A stretch of DNA of 63,941 nucleotides, counting the filler, from Vannella sp. (Eukaryota): NCBI GenBank assembly GCA_023345925.1. It is 7 parts of 7 records of this genome, joined end to end, with 100 filler letters (N's around TTAATTAATTAA, not from the genome) between each part and the next. Parts side by side here need not be neighbours in the genome. Positions count along the whole stretch, not along the records: positions 6,247 to 12,494 come from JAJQQN010000581.1; positions 12,595 to 20,309 come from JAJQQN010001439.1; positions 20,410 to 34,456 come from JAJQQN010001226.1; 4 more parts are not named here. One strand, given 5' to 3'. This document shows positions 11,932 through 21,908 of the stretch, piece after piece. Within the stretch, counting starts at the first letter, position 1; every line of letters begins with the position of its first letter. Made by a program: the position numbers and the translations under genes. The notes under the pieces are model-generated. The model ran no database searches. It worked only from the letters and a program-made list of their open reading frames with translations, and was not told where the DNA came from.

Positions 11932-12021
11932 TCAACCACGCCCGCTGGCCTCATTCAACAGTACCTCTAAATTTGATCGGGACTCTTGCGGATCAAGTTT
12001 TTATATGTTTTCAAGAGGGCC
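11932..12021. repeat. Dispersed non-coding repeat, copy B
   Basis: Direct similarity to 6496-6576 and a perfect 24-bp inverted match to 6628-6651. Confidence 0.8.
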
Positions 12022-12048
12022 TTTTTTTTGTGTGTGGAAAAACGGGTT

Positions 12049-12494
12049 TTAACCCTAGATGGGGCGGCCAATAGGAATCCGGCATAGGTCCTGGGACAGG
12101 GAGGGCACAAGGGACTGTGTCCGTAATAATTTCACATTTATTTTATTGCTCTCTCAACCACGCGGATTGAATGTGTTTAGAGTGGTGCTTTGTAGAGATA
12201 CGAGGGCGATTCGTGCACTTCATGCAGACAAATTTTCTCTGGGACTTGCAAGTTGACACCGTCCTTTCTTCCGGATGGCTTCGAGTGGGTGATCAAGTCC
12301 AGGAGAGACTCTCCAGATAGCTGAATTGGCAGATCGCTTTCTTAAGACTGTGTCCCCTAACAAGCTGCATACAACGGCCAAAGAATAACTACGGTTTCCT
12401 CCTTACACGTGAGAACGAGTCGCCACTTCCTCCCAAAATGGTTTCGAGAGCATTGAATAGAAGCAATCAATGGGCCTCATGATGGTAGGTTGTC
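12049..12494 (-). mobile_element. Internally deleted, degenerate piggyBac-family DNA transposon; 3' end, truncated by contig end
   Basis: TTAA (12049-52) followed by CCCTAGA terminus. The minus strand encodes MRPIDCFYSMLSKPFWEEVATRS (start of the piggyBac core) then LAVVCSLL...GLDHPLEAIRKKGRCQ[frameshift]CKSQRKFVCMKCTNRPRISTKHHSKH (C-terminal Cys-rich domain), a stop and AATAAA. Confidence 0.72.
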
Positions 12495-12594
12495 NNNNNN
12501 NNNNNNNNNNNNNNNNNNNNNNNNNNNNNNNNNNNNNNTTAATTAATTAANNNNNNNNNNNNNNNNNNNNNNNNNNNNNNNNNNNNNNNNNNNN
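12495..12594. other. Artificial contig linker
   Basis: N44-TTAATTAATTAA-N44. Confidence 0.98.
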
Positions 12595-14312
12595 TGGGAC
12601 TGTTTCTGGGGGAAAGTGGGGGCAGCTATCTGAACCAGGACTGGTAAGCTTTGGTTCGTTTAATGACCAAGCCCAGCCAGGCTACACTGTCATGCAAATT
12701 CCGTTTTTCCTCATTCTTGGTCTCGTGGGAGGTCTCTTTGGTGCCCTCTTCAATGCAGTGAACAGGAGAATTACGCTTCTTCGTATGCGATTCGTAAACA
12801 AGTGGAAGGCCCGACGCTTTCTCGAGGTTCTAATTGTAGCTGCTGCCACTGCTCTAATTGCCTCACTATGTAGCACTTACGTGTTCTCTTGCGTGTGAGT
12901 TCATCCACATAGATACGCTCCATATCTTATGTTATCATAAGCCCCCTTGAGGAGGGCGACCCGGTGCTCCTGGGAGATTTTCAATTGACTTGCCCTGAAA
13001 ACACTTTCAATGACATGGCCTCTCTTTTCTTGACAGAACAAGAGGATGCCATCAAGTAAGTCATCTGCATGAGACAAGAACGAATTCTCATACCTCAAAG
13101 ACATCTGTTTCACTCGAAAAGTAACTTCACTTGGCAAACTCTCCTGTTGTTCGCAGTCACTTATTGGATGCTTGCCTGTTGGACATATGGTATTTCTGTG
13201 GCCTCGGGTCTCTTTGTGCCTTCTCTGTTGATTGGGTGCACGTATGGAAGACTTGCTGGGCAGCTGCTACAAATGTGGTTGCCTGAACGTGCGGGAATTG
13301 ACCCTGGAACTTTTGCTTTGGTTGGCGCGGCATCGATGTTGGGAGGCGTTGTTCGCATGACAATGTAAGTAGGATAACACGCCTCTTCACTGGCCTGACA
13401 AGAATAGATCTCTGACTGTGATTCTAATGGAGTCCACAAATGGTGGGTCTCTTGACTCCTTCGATGAAGGACTAATCTCTTCCAGACATCACTTACGGTC
13501 TACCAATTATGCTGACAGTGATGGTGGCAAAGCTTGTTGGTGATCTATTCAATGAAGGAGTGTATGATCTCCACATAGGACTCAAAAAGATCCCCCTTCT
13601 TCAATGGTACGGCCCAATGACTTGGTCAAGTCAATGATTAACTTTCCCCAAGGGAACCGCCCTTGCTCATGCGCAAGTTCAACGCAAAGAACATTATGAG
13701 CCAACCTGTCATCTCTTTCCAAAAACAACCAACTGTTGGAGAGATTGTCCGCATCTTGAAAGAGACGCGCCACAATGGATTCCCTGTTACCGATCACCAA
13801 AACCGCTTCCTGGGACTAGTCCTTCGCAACCAATTGATCACACTACTTCAAAAACGAGACTTCCGCGGAGATGCTGGGGTAAGTACCTCAAATCTTCAGT
13901 TCCCATCTGATGAGTCAATCAGGCCAGTCAATACTACTATCAGCTGGCATCCCGGGACGACTTTGAGCGAAACTATCCACAATGCCCGCCAATCGAAGTC
14001 ATTGAAGTGGAAATGAGTGACAGGGACAAGTTTGTTGACCTCCGCCCCTACATGAATCCGGTCCCCTTCTCCATCCGTGAGAGTGCCTCCCTTACAAGAG
14101 TGTTCACTCTGTTTCGCACGATGGGTCTACGCCATCTTGTGGCAGTGGATCTGAACAACAAGGTGGTGGGAATGATAACTCGAAAGAACCTCGTTCACAT
14201 GGAAGAGAGGGCTCCGCTTCTGAACAAGATCACCGAAGACTTTGATTTCTCTTTGAACGAAAGCAATGGCATCTCTCCTTCGCTTTCGAGTGCTTCAATT
14301 GATTTCGAATGA
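12595..14312 (+). CDS. CLC chloride channel / H+-Cl- exchanger (CLC-6/7 type), C-terminal part with two CBS domains, multi-exon, 5'-partial
   Basis: [51 protein letters not shown]; several short GT-AG introns. Confidence 0.93.
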
Positions 14313-14441
14313 AAAAGTTGCACAAATTTTGTGCGATCGATCGAGGGAACCAAGAATGGATTTATTTGATAATTATGACATAATATTGTTGTCTATTTAG
14401 TTGGCTTCGTTTCCCCCAAAATTTTCATTCACACATCCGCA

Positions 14442-15470
14442 ATGCTTTTGACCCCCTCTTTCATCGATGAAGAATGGGAGAAGCTCCCCTCTTCCCCTTC
14501 AACCACCAACCCAGCTTCCCGGCAGAAATACTACGCCACAGCAGCAGCTAATGAGGCCTTCAATCGCTATTCTGATGTTCTCCCATTTGAGAGTTCTCGC
14601 GTGATGTTAGACAACCCAGCAACCTACATCAACGCAAGTGTCATCAGAACGGTTCCCACATATCACTGTATCGCTTCCCAAGCCCCTCTTCCCCGTGACT
14701 TCGACAACTTCTGGAAGATGCTTTGGGAGAAGAACGTCCGCGTCATCGTGATGTTATCTCGATTCATGGAGACAAGGAAAGTCAAAGCCCACTGCTATTG
14801 GCCGTCTGGTGAGACTACCGAAACATTCGAAGATATCGCAGTCATCCATCAAGGGCCTCAGACCATTCTCTGCAACGGCATCACCATCCACAGGCTGGTT
14901 ATGATCCGAGGAGGGGAATCAAGGCAAATTGTCCATCTACACTATACTGAGTGGCCAGACTTTGGTGTTCCTCAAGACACGACCGCCATCCGGAGACTCA
15001 AAGATCTCGTAGACACGAACTTGGCAGAAATACCAAGCTACTCGAGTCCTCAGGACGCCCAGTTCCCCCTTCTCGTTCACTGCTCGGCTGGAATAGGACG
15101 TGCTGGAACCTTCCTCGCCTTCCTCACTTACTGCGAATCGCGAAAAACTGCCGCTCCTGATGATTTCCCAGTACACAGGATCGTCTCCTCCCTCCGAAAC
15201 GACAGGATGTGTATGGTGCAAACCAAAGCTCAATATGAGTTCATCTACCAACTGATTGCTGACGAAGAAACCTCCCACAGAGACGAAGACCAGGAAGAAG
15301 GTAACTTGCTCAGTTCAAACTTTCAGTTTGGTTCCCCGTCTGGTGTCCACCAGAAACCAATGAAGAAGTATCAGAAAACGAAGCCTTGTGCAACGAGGCG
15401 CTCCCTCCACTCCAGCCAGGTCTGCCCAACCGCGATCTTGGACCAACCGCTCCCCGTGGGCGGTCTGTAA
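14442..15470 (+). CDS. Classical non-receptor protein tyrosine phosphatase
   Basis: NRYSDV, YINAS, WPDFG, VHCSAGIGRAG, MVQTKAQY. Confidence 0.95.
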   Translation: MLLTPSFIDEEWEKLPSSPSTTNPASRQKYYATAAANEAFNRYSDVLPFESSRVMLDNPATYINASVIRTVPTYHCIASQAPLPRDFDNFWKMLWEKNVRVIVMLSRFMETRKVKAHCYWPSGETTETFEDIAVIHQGPQTILCNGITIHRLVMIRGGESRQIVHLHYTEWPDFGVPQDTTAIRRLKDLVDTNLAEIPSYSSPQDAQFPLLVHCSAGIGRAGTFLAFLTYCESRKTAAPDDFPVHRIVSSLRNDRMCMVQTKAQYEFIYQLIADEETSHRDEDQEEGNLLSSNFQFGSPSGVHQKPMKKYQKTKPCATRRSLHSSQVCPTAILDQPLPVGGL

Positions 15471-15575
15471 TCAACAATCATGTATCTTTGTAGTTTTCTT
15501 TGGCATTTCCAGATAAACCAGAATGCCTTTCGAATTGAATGGTAATATTGGTGGTGGGAGCCATTCTTTTGCAAC

Positions 15576-17516
15576 ATGCCTCGCCACGACCTTGTGGATG
15601 CTTACGGGACGCCGCTGTTTGCGTCCAACTTAGCTGCTAGGGGAGCTTTCAACTTCTCTGATGATGAGGAAGCGGATGACTTTGATTTGTCCCCACGAGA
15701 GGAAGAAGCCGTTCAGGTTCCTCTTTCTTCTTCTCCTGACACGAAAGGGAAGGTGCCCGCTTCTCCTGCCCTTGATGTCAAGAGTAGACGCATGTCCTCC
15801 TTGGCCACTGTTACTCGTCCTGTGGGTGGAGTGCGCTTTGGACACTCAGAGGCAGTGAGGGCGCCCCGCCCACCGAAAGTCATTCGGATCTGGCATTCAG
15901 ACAACCTTTTCAAGAAGGTGGACCGCAAAGACTTGAGTAGCATCACTTCTTTCAAGTCTGCAAAGGTTATTGATGTCAGTACGGTCCGCGAGATACGCCA
16001 CTTTGTCGCAACCAAGCTCCTCCTCGAAGAACCGGACCTTTTCCGCCTCTTTGCCATCAAGAAGCAATGTGAGACCTTCTAGCAAAGACCATAGATACTG
16101 GTTACTCACTTGAACCAGCTAAGAGGGCCCTCAATGACGAGGCACAGATATACTCGCTCACCTTGGACGAGGAGATCAAGATCGCCTTCCTCTTCTGTGA
16201 GGTGGAGGTGTCACCCGAGCAGGAGACTCAGATTGATACTATTGTTGGCGTCAATGCATATAGTGAGAGCGTAGCTACAGCAGGTAAGTATGATTAGGGC
16301 CTTTACCTCTTCTAACTGTCTTGTAGTCGGCTGGGAGCCTTACGAATGGTCCATCAACAGCAACAGAAGGCTCTTAAACTACGAGAAGTACGCCGTCGCT
16401 TTGGATCTGATCTTCATTGTACACGGAGAGAGAATTGGATCCGTCAGAGCGTTGGTAGAGGCTCGCGCACCGGGCCTCTTGAAGAACACTCTGATTAAGA
16501 AGAAGAAGGAGAAGAAGACACAACTAGTCGTTGCAGTCAAAGAGGACCCAGCCATCACCAAAGAAGCGTTCTTGCAGATCCTCGATTATCTTTACACTGG
16601 AGAAGTCGACTTTGCACGAAATAGTGTTGTGGCGAATCTCCACACTCTTTATGCTGCCATTGCCTTTCAGATAGAGAGAATGCAGTGGTTGTGTGAGCAT
16701 TACCTGTACTCAGCAGTGGGACTTCATAACATCTTTGAAATGACGCGGCGGGCATGCGACTTGCAGATTAAGTCTATCAAAACGATTTGCTTTTCCTGGG
16801 CTCATGAGCATTGGGGCGAGGTTGCTTCGCATAAGAAGGGCCTAGATATCCTTGGACTTGATCTTTTTCAAGAATTAACTCTTTCAAAAGCGACTGAAGA
16901 GGTCATTGACCTCAGTCATCTTCAAGAGGCCGCTCCTTTAGACACTCTCTTGGTGAATATGAAGCGTTGTCACGCACAAATGGATCATACGGATGCTGTG
17001 GCTGAATTGACCGACGGAGTGTCAGTACCTTTCCATCGTGCATTCCTGGCAGCACACGACAACAGCCTGCACGCTTTAATGCTTTCTCAAAAAGAGCAGA
17101 AAGTGTGGAAGTTTCCGGTTGACTCAAAAGCCTTTTCATCGTGGCTGTGTTTTGTATACTTTGGAGAGAAGTCTCAGATATCAGCCGAAGACGCCGCCTC
17201 TTTTCTGGAGGAGGTGGTCAGCAAGTATTCTATCAGTCGTTATCGAGCGGTTTGTGAGGACCAGCTGCGAGATCTACTGACTTTAGAGACAAGTTTGCGT
17301 ATTCTGGAATTGACTTATTTGTCTTGGAACAGCGCGCGTCCCAAGTTAACAGCTCTTCGTGCAAGCTGTCTTTCCTTTATTGCTGCCAACTTCTCAGAGA
17401 TTGACATCCCTTCTATTCGTAAGATGGAACACTCCATTGCTTTCGACCTTCTCGATCTCATGCACGACCAACACTCTGCTCCCACTAAGAGAAAGCGCTC
17501 CGTTCTCGTAGACTAA
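15576..17516 (+). CDS. Tandem BTB/POZ(-BACK) protein with a possible N-terminal ubiquitin-fold (RA/FERM-N-like) domain; multi-exon
   Basis: BTB1 (DLIFIV...ARAP...AFLQILDYLYTG) and BTB2 (FHRAFLAA...AFSSWLCFVYFG). Short introns near 16070-16118 and 16284-16326. Confidence 0.75.
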
Positions 17517-17576
17517 AGGCTTGACGTGAAGAGTGTATTGAAACAGCCAGAGGATGATACGAGCTTGTGAGAGTGA

Positions 17577-20309
17577 TTACATGAAGTTGAAATCTTCGAG
17601 GTTGTTTCTCTTCGCACTCACTCGCTGACTGACAGAGTCTACCAGACTTTGATACTCTTTCTCGCTCAAAGTTGAAAAGTCTAGAGCGCCCTTCTTCCCT
17701 TTGGAGCCATCTTCCAGTTTCTAAGAGAGTGTGAGGGGGTGCAGGGGATGGAGTGAGAACGTACCTTTGGTACCCCAAGAGGAATATCTCCGTAAGAGTA
17801 TGGGATGTCTTTCGGTGCGCTAGGCACATTTGGAGTCAAAGAGCCCGGAGATGAAGTCAAAAGAGAGGGAGTCAGCAAGGTAGAGTACGAGATTCCAGTC
17901 ATGTAGGCTGGAGTGGCTGGAGCAGCAGGAGCATTTGCCGGAGTCCCGAGATACGATACATACGAGGGAGTGTAGACTGGAGTGGGGGTGGTTGGGACAG
18001 TTTTCCCAAATGTAGCGTAACTAGGCACATAAGGAAGGGGTTGTGGGCCAGCGAAGGTGCACTGATTCGTAGTTTGGCAGAAAGGACAAATCACCTTATC
18101 TGTGCCATCGGGATATTCGAAGCTCTGGGAACAGCAGAAGCAAGAAGTGACATTGGCGCACCCCTTTCTAGTGTCCAATAGTTGGTTGTAGAAGATAAGA
18201 GTCTCTTCTACAGCAAAGCGGACGTCCGGAGCGTTGTAAAGTAAATCTGAATCGGATATTCCGACTCCCTCGAGGAACTTGTGCCAAGGTTGAGACATTT
18301 TCTCCTTCTTAAAGCCTTGTTGCGGTACCCAACCTAACTCTACCTGAAGGAAAGTGTCCTCGTCGGTCTCTTTTTTGAAGCAGAAGAACAAAGGAGCCCC
18401 GTTGGATCCGGTATTCAAGTCAGCCAGGAAGCGGCCACTCACAGTGTTCTCCAATGGAATGTAAAAAGGTGGTGGAGGCTCGTCACCAGTGTTCAAATAC
18501 ACTGAGATCTGAGTGACAGCAGGTTGACCTTCTTCTCTCTTGTAGAGAAGGAAGATCTCTCTTCCACTGTGTCCGGCATTCAAGTCAGCTGTGTCACGAT
18601 CATAGAAGGTTCGTTTGATCATCTTCCATCCCACATCTGATGGGAGAGTCTCCGGGATTCGGCGATGGAGAAGCGAGCCCGAGTCAGTGAAAATCACGGC
18701 AATATCAGTGATTGGGACCTTTCGAGTCCCATCAGCATTGCGACCTCTCTTCTCATAGCAGAGATAGATTTCTCTGCCTCCAGCTTGGCTATTCAGGTTG
18801 CCAGTATGACAATAGTACGTCTCGCAGATGGGAGTAAAGCCAAGAGGAATCTTGTCGCCTTTGTCTTCGTGGATGATGCAAAGGTCAGTAATGGGCTCGT
18901 TTACAGTCATCATGGCTCCTTGTAATGCCTGAATCCAAGCGTCTTTCTCTTGTTTACTTCCCAATGCAAACGTGTGAGTGGAGGACGCATTCACCAAGTC
19001 AAAGGCCATAAAGTTCCGAGGATACTCGACACTCTGAATGCGAAGCGCGTAGTTCTCCAACTGGAAAACCCGGCTGGCGGTCTTTGCCTTGGAGTCTTTG
19101 TATTTGTACAGCAATCCATTGCGAAGAACAAACCAACGTTCTTTCAAAGAGCTCCGAAGACTTCCCTTTTCCAAGATCTTCATATTACTAGCCTTTTTGC
19201 TAGAACCCCCTCCAAAGTGCTCAGGTTCCAGCAGAAAGTCGGGAGATAGAGCTATTTTCTGGCTTGTTATCTCGGCTATTCCATCCTGGAATCGTTTGAC
19301 CCACTTTTCTTTCTTCTTGGCGTCACAGGCACGATAGTAATATACCGTCCCTGACTGGTAGCGGATGCCAAAGTCTGTGTTAGCCTTTCCCTCAACAATC
19401 TCTGCGGCTCGAGTCAGTATGTATCCATCATAGATCTTCGTAGGGTCGTCAGAACGACCAGAGTCCACAGTGGCTAACATCATGTCGTTAAAGTAGTAAA
19501 AGTAGCGTTCCTCATGAACTCCCGTCTGAGGAGTGATTCGAATGAGAGGGCCACGCTTCAGAAGGCGTCTCTGAGGATGAACCAAGTTCATATCAATCCC
19601 TTTGAGATTCACCTGGATACTGGCGACCTTCTCCATGTTCTCCGCAGAGCGTTTCCCTTCGTTTACGAACGTGGCAACCTCTTTGATGGTCTCTAGTGCC
19701 TGGCACAGATTTTTGTAATCCGTGTGCTCTTCCGCAGTGAACTTGATCACCTCTTCCAGGAGCATTCTGTAGCGAGGGATGCGTTGAATCGGCATGATCA
19801 GCATGCTCTCCAGGGGAACACAGTCCATATTGGCCTGTCTAACTGGGTCCAACCACTCTGCGAATGCCTTTCGTTTGCAGCAGGACTGTAGAGTATCAAG
19901 TGCGTTCTGGTAACACACTGTGTACTCACGATAGAGCTTCAGGAAGGGCGAGAACCGCACAAAAACCAATCCAAACAGTTGGGGAGCGGCGGGCCACTTG
20001 TTAGCTTCAGCACAGAGCTCCGCATAGAAGTTCTTTTGGAACTCTACGATGAGGGGGATGTTCATGAAGATGGCAGAGTGCTCTTGGGGCGACAGGAGCG
20101 GAGAGGACCAAAGGCGCGAGTTGTGGTTTGCCAGAGCCTGCATCGGCAGGTAGTAACGCTTGAGGAGGTTCTCAAGGGAGTTGAGATAGCTGAGCTCTGT
20201 GGTAACGATCTCCAAGGCTTTGAGCTGCCGAAGACGAGGCTGCTTCGCCAAGTCGCTCTCTCGGTAGAGTTTTGCTATTGAGAGGCCCTCCTGGATCAAC
20301 TGGGGGACT
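17577..20309 (-). CDS. RhoGEF (DH-PH) plus second PH, MABP domain, Zn-ribbon and Pro-rich/WASP-like tail; 5'-partial
   Basis: EIVTTELSYL, LIMPIQRIPRYRMLL (DH), two PH domains, and three PITDI...LN..G...YLCY repeats (MABP). The 44-nt intron 17721-17764 adds a final 47-aa exon ending at 17577. Confidence 0.88.
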
Positions 20310-20409
20310 NNNNNNNNNNNNNNNNNNNNNNNNNNNNNNNNNNNNNNNNNNNNTTAATTAATTAANNNNNNNNNNNNNNNNNNNNNNNNNNNNNNNNNNN
20401 NNNNNNNNN
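20310..20409. other. Artificial contig linker
   Basis: N44-TTAATTAATTAA-N44. Confidence 0.98.
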
Positions 20410-20526
20410 CGCTTGGATACAAGCACAGTCTTCGTTCGGCAGCTAGGTGAGGACTTAGAAACAGAGGGAAGGTCATTCTTTCCTCATTGTTGACTACAAG
20501 TACATAGAGCTTTGTACTTCGAATTC

Positions 20527-20811
20527 ATTTTCGTTTTTTCGATCTCGGTCTCACGAAAATGAATTGGGCATTTGGGAAAATCCACGAGCGAAGGGGAAGA
20601 GTATTCCAAAACGCGTGGATTTTCGTTTTTTCGATCTCGGTCTTGGGTGCTCAGAGGACCCCAACGAGGTGAAATGCCCTCGCTGCGTGACTTTTCTCAC
20701 AATTGATCGGGTGACTTTGAGAGTTCACAGTGGGTTTTCAACCGTGAGATGATTGATCGGCTGACTTTGAGAGAGTTCACGGTGGGTTTTCAACCGTGGC
20801 CCGCGGACGTG
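20527..20811. repeat. Cluster of direct repeats including dispersed repeat copy C (inverted)
   Basis: Identical 25-mer at 20527-20551 and 20619-20643; ~45-mer at 20702-20746 and 20752-20798; 20787-20811 is the reverse complement of 6502-6526 (24/25). Confidence 0.8.
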
Positions 20812-20927
20812 TAGGCATTCCTTCTTCAAAATTGGCTACACGGTTTTCCCTCGCCCCATTTTTAGTCATTTGCATTTTTACTACGTTTGGGTAAACGAGG
20901 GAAATCACCACAAGCAATTGCTTGCTG

Positions 20928-20932
20928 CCAAT
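20928..20932 (+). promoter_or_regulatory. CCAAT box upstream of the HSF gene (example of a recurrent promoter motif)
   Basis: GCCAATCAG followed by TATAAA at ~20966. Similar CCAAT/ATTGG motifs sit upstream of genes at 27547, 30666, 37840, 42075 and 46748, and near the contig end at 48192 and 48231. Confidence 0.55.
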
Positions 20933-21023
20933 CAGGAGGAGGCTGGTTGCCATGGCAACGGGGACTATAAATGTCTTCTGCCGCTGGCAGGCAGTCATTC
21001 TTTATCAATCTTTTTTACTAATC

Positions 21024-21770
21024 ATGAACTTGACTTTTCCTTTCGTGCGAAAGACCTTTGAATTGGTCTCTGAACCAACAACAGATTGGATCGTGTCGTG
21101 GTCTGTGGACGGCGCTTCTTTCTCTGTGTGGGACAGGTTCGCTTTTCAGAAGGAGATCCTTCCTCTCCACTTTAAGCACAACAAGCTTGGCTCCTTTGTG
21201 CGTCAGCTGAACACGTATGGCTTCCACAAAGTTAACGCAGATGGGGATGACCTCGAGTTCTCTCATCCCTGCTTCGTTCACCATGAGGAGCACCTTCTCT
21301 GCCAAATACTACGCAGGAAGGGTCCAAAAGACACGGCAGAAGGGAGGCCAGCGGCCTTGGTAGCTTCCAATTCAGGGTTTCTTGTGGAAGAGCTCTGCAC
21401 TGACCGCCAGATGGTGGAAGCCATCATTAGCCTTGCTCATCGACAACAAGAGTCGGACAAGATGCTTCTTACCATACTCCAGCAGCTAGCTGAGGCCAAG
21501 GGCATGATTGAAACACTTCAGCTGGACATTGACCCTCCTGTGTCCCTCCTCAAGCGCTCCTTTGCAGAGTGTCCTTCTTTAGAGTACTTGCAAGAGTCTT
21601 CACCTCCAAAGGCCAAGAAGTACAAACCGAACCTCTCCTTGGACGAGTTCCCAATGCCGTTTGGTGACGACTCCTTCGACACTCTTTCCGAGACTTCTAC
21701 AACGTACGGCTCCTCCAACAGCCCTCTCGACCTCCATCTGATGAGCTCTTGGACTTTTGATCCTCTCTGA
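21024..21770 (+). CDS. Heat-shock-factor-type DNA-binding protein
   Basis: FVRKTFELV...IVSWS..G.SF...LPLHFKHNKLGSFVRQLNTYGFHKV...EFSHPCF. Confidence 0.93.
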   Translation: MNLTFPFVRKTFELVSEPTTDWIVSWSVDGASFSVWDRFAFQKEILPLHFKHNKLGSFVRQLNTYGFHKVNADGDDLEFSHPCFVHHEEHLLCQILRRKGPKDTAEGRPAALVASNSGFLVEELCTDRQMVEAIISLAHRQQESDKMLLTILQQLAEAKGMIETLQLDIDPPVSLLKRSFAECPSLEYLQESSPPKAKKYKPNLSLDEFPMPFGDDSFDTLSETSTTYGSSNSPLDLHLMSSWTFDPL

Positions 21771-21908
21771 AGCTCCTTGACTTCCACAAAGTCCTAAAAC
21801 TCCCTCTTTGCGATCGTGTCCCCAAATAGCCCTGATCCAGCCCCGGGACCTATTCAGTTGGATTTTTTGATTGTTTTTAGTTTTCATGTTTTGGGAGGTC
21901 ATTGTTGG

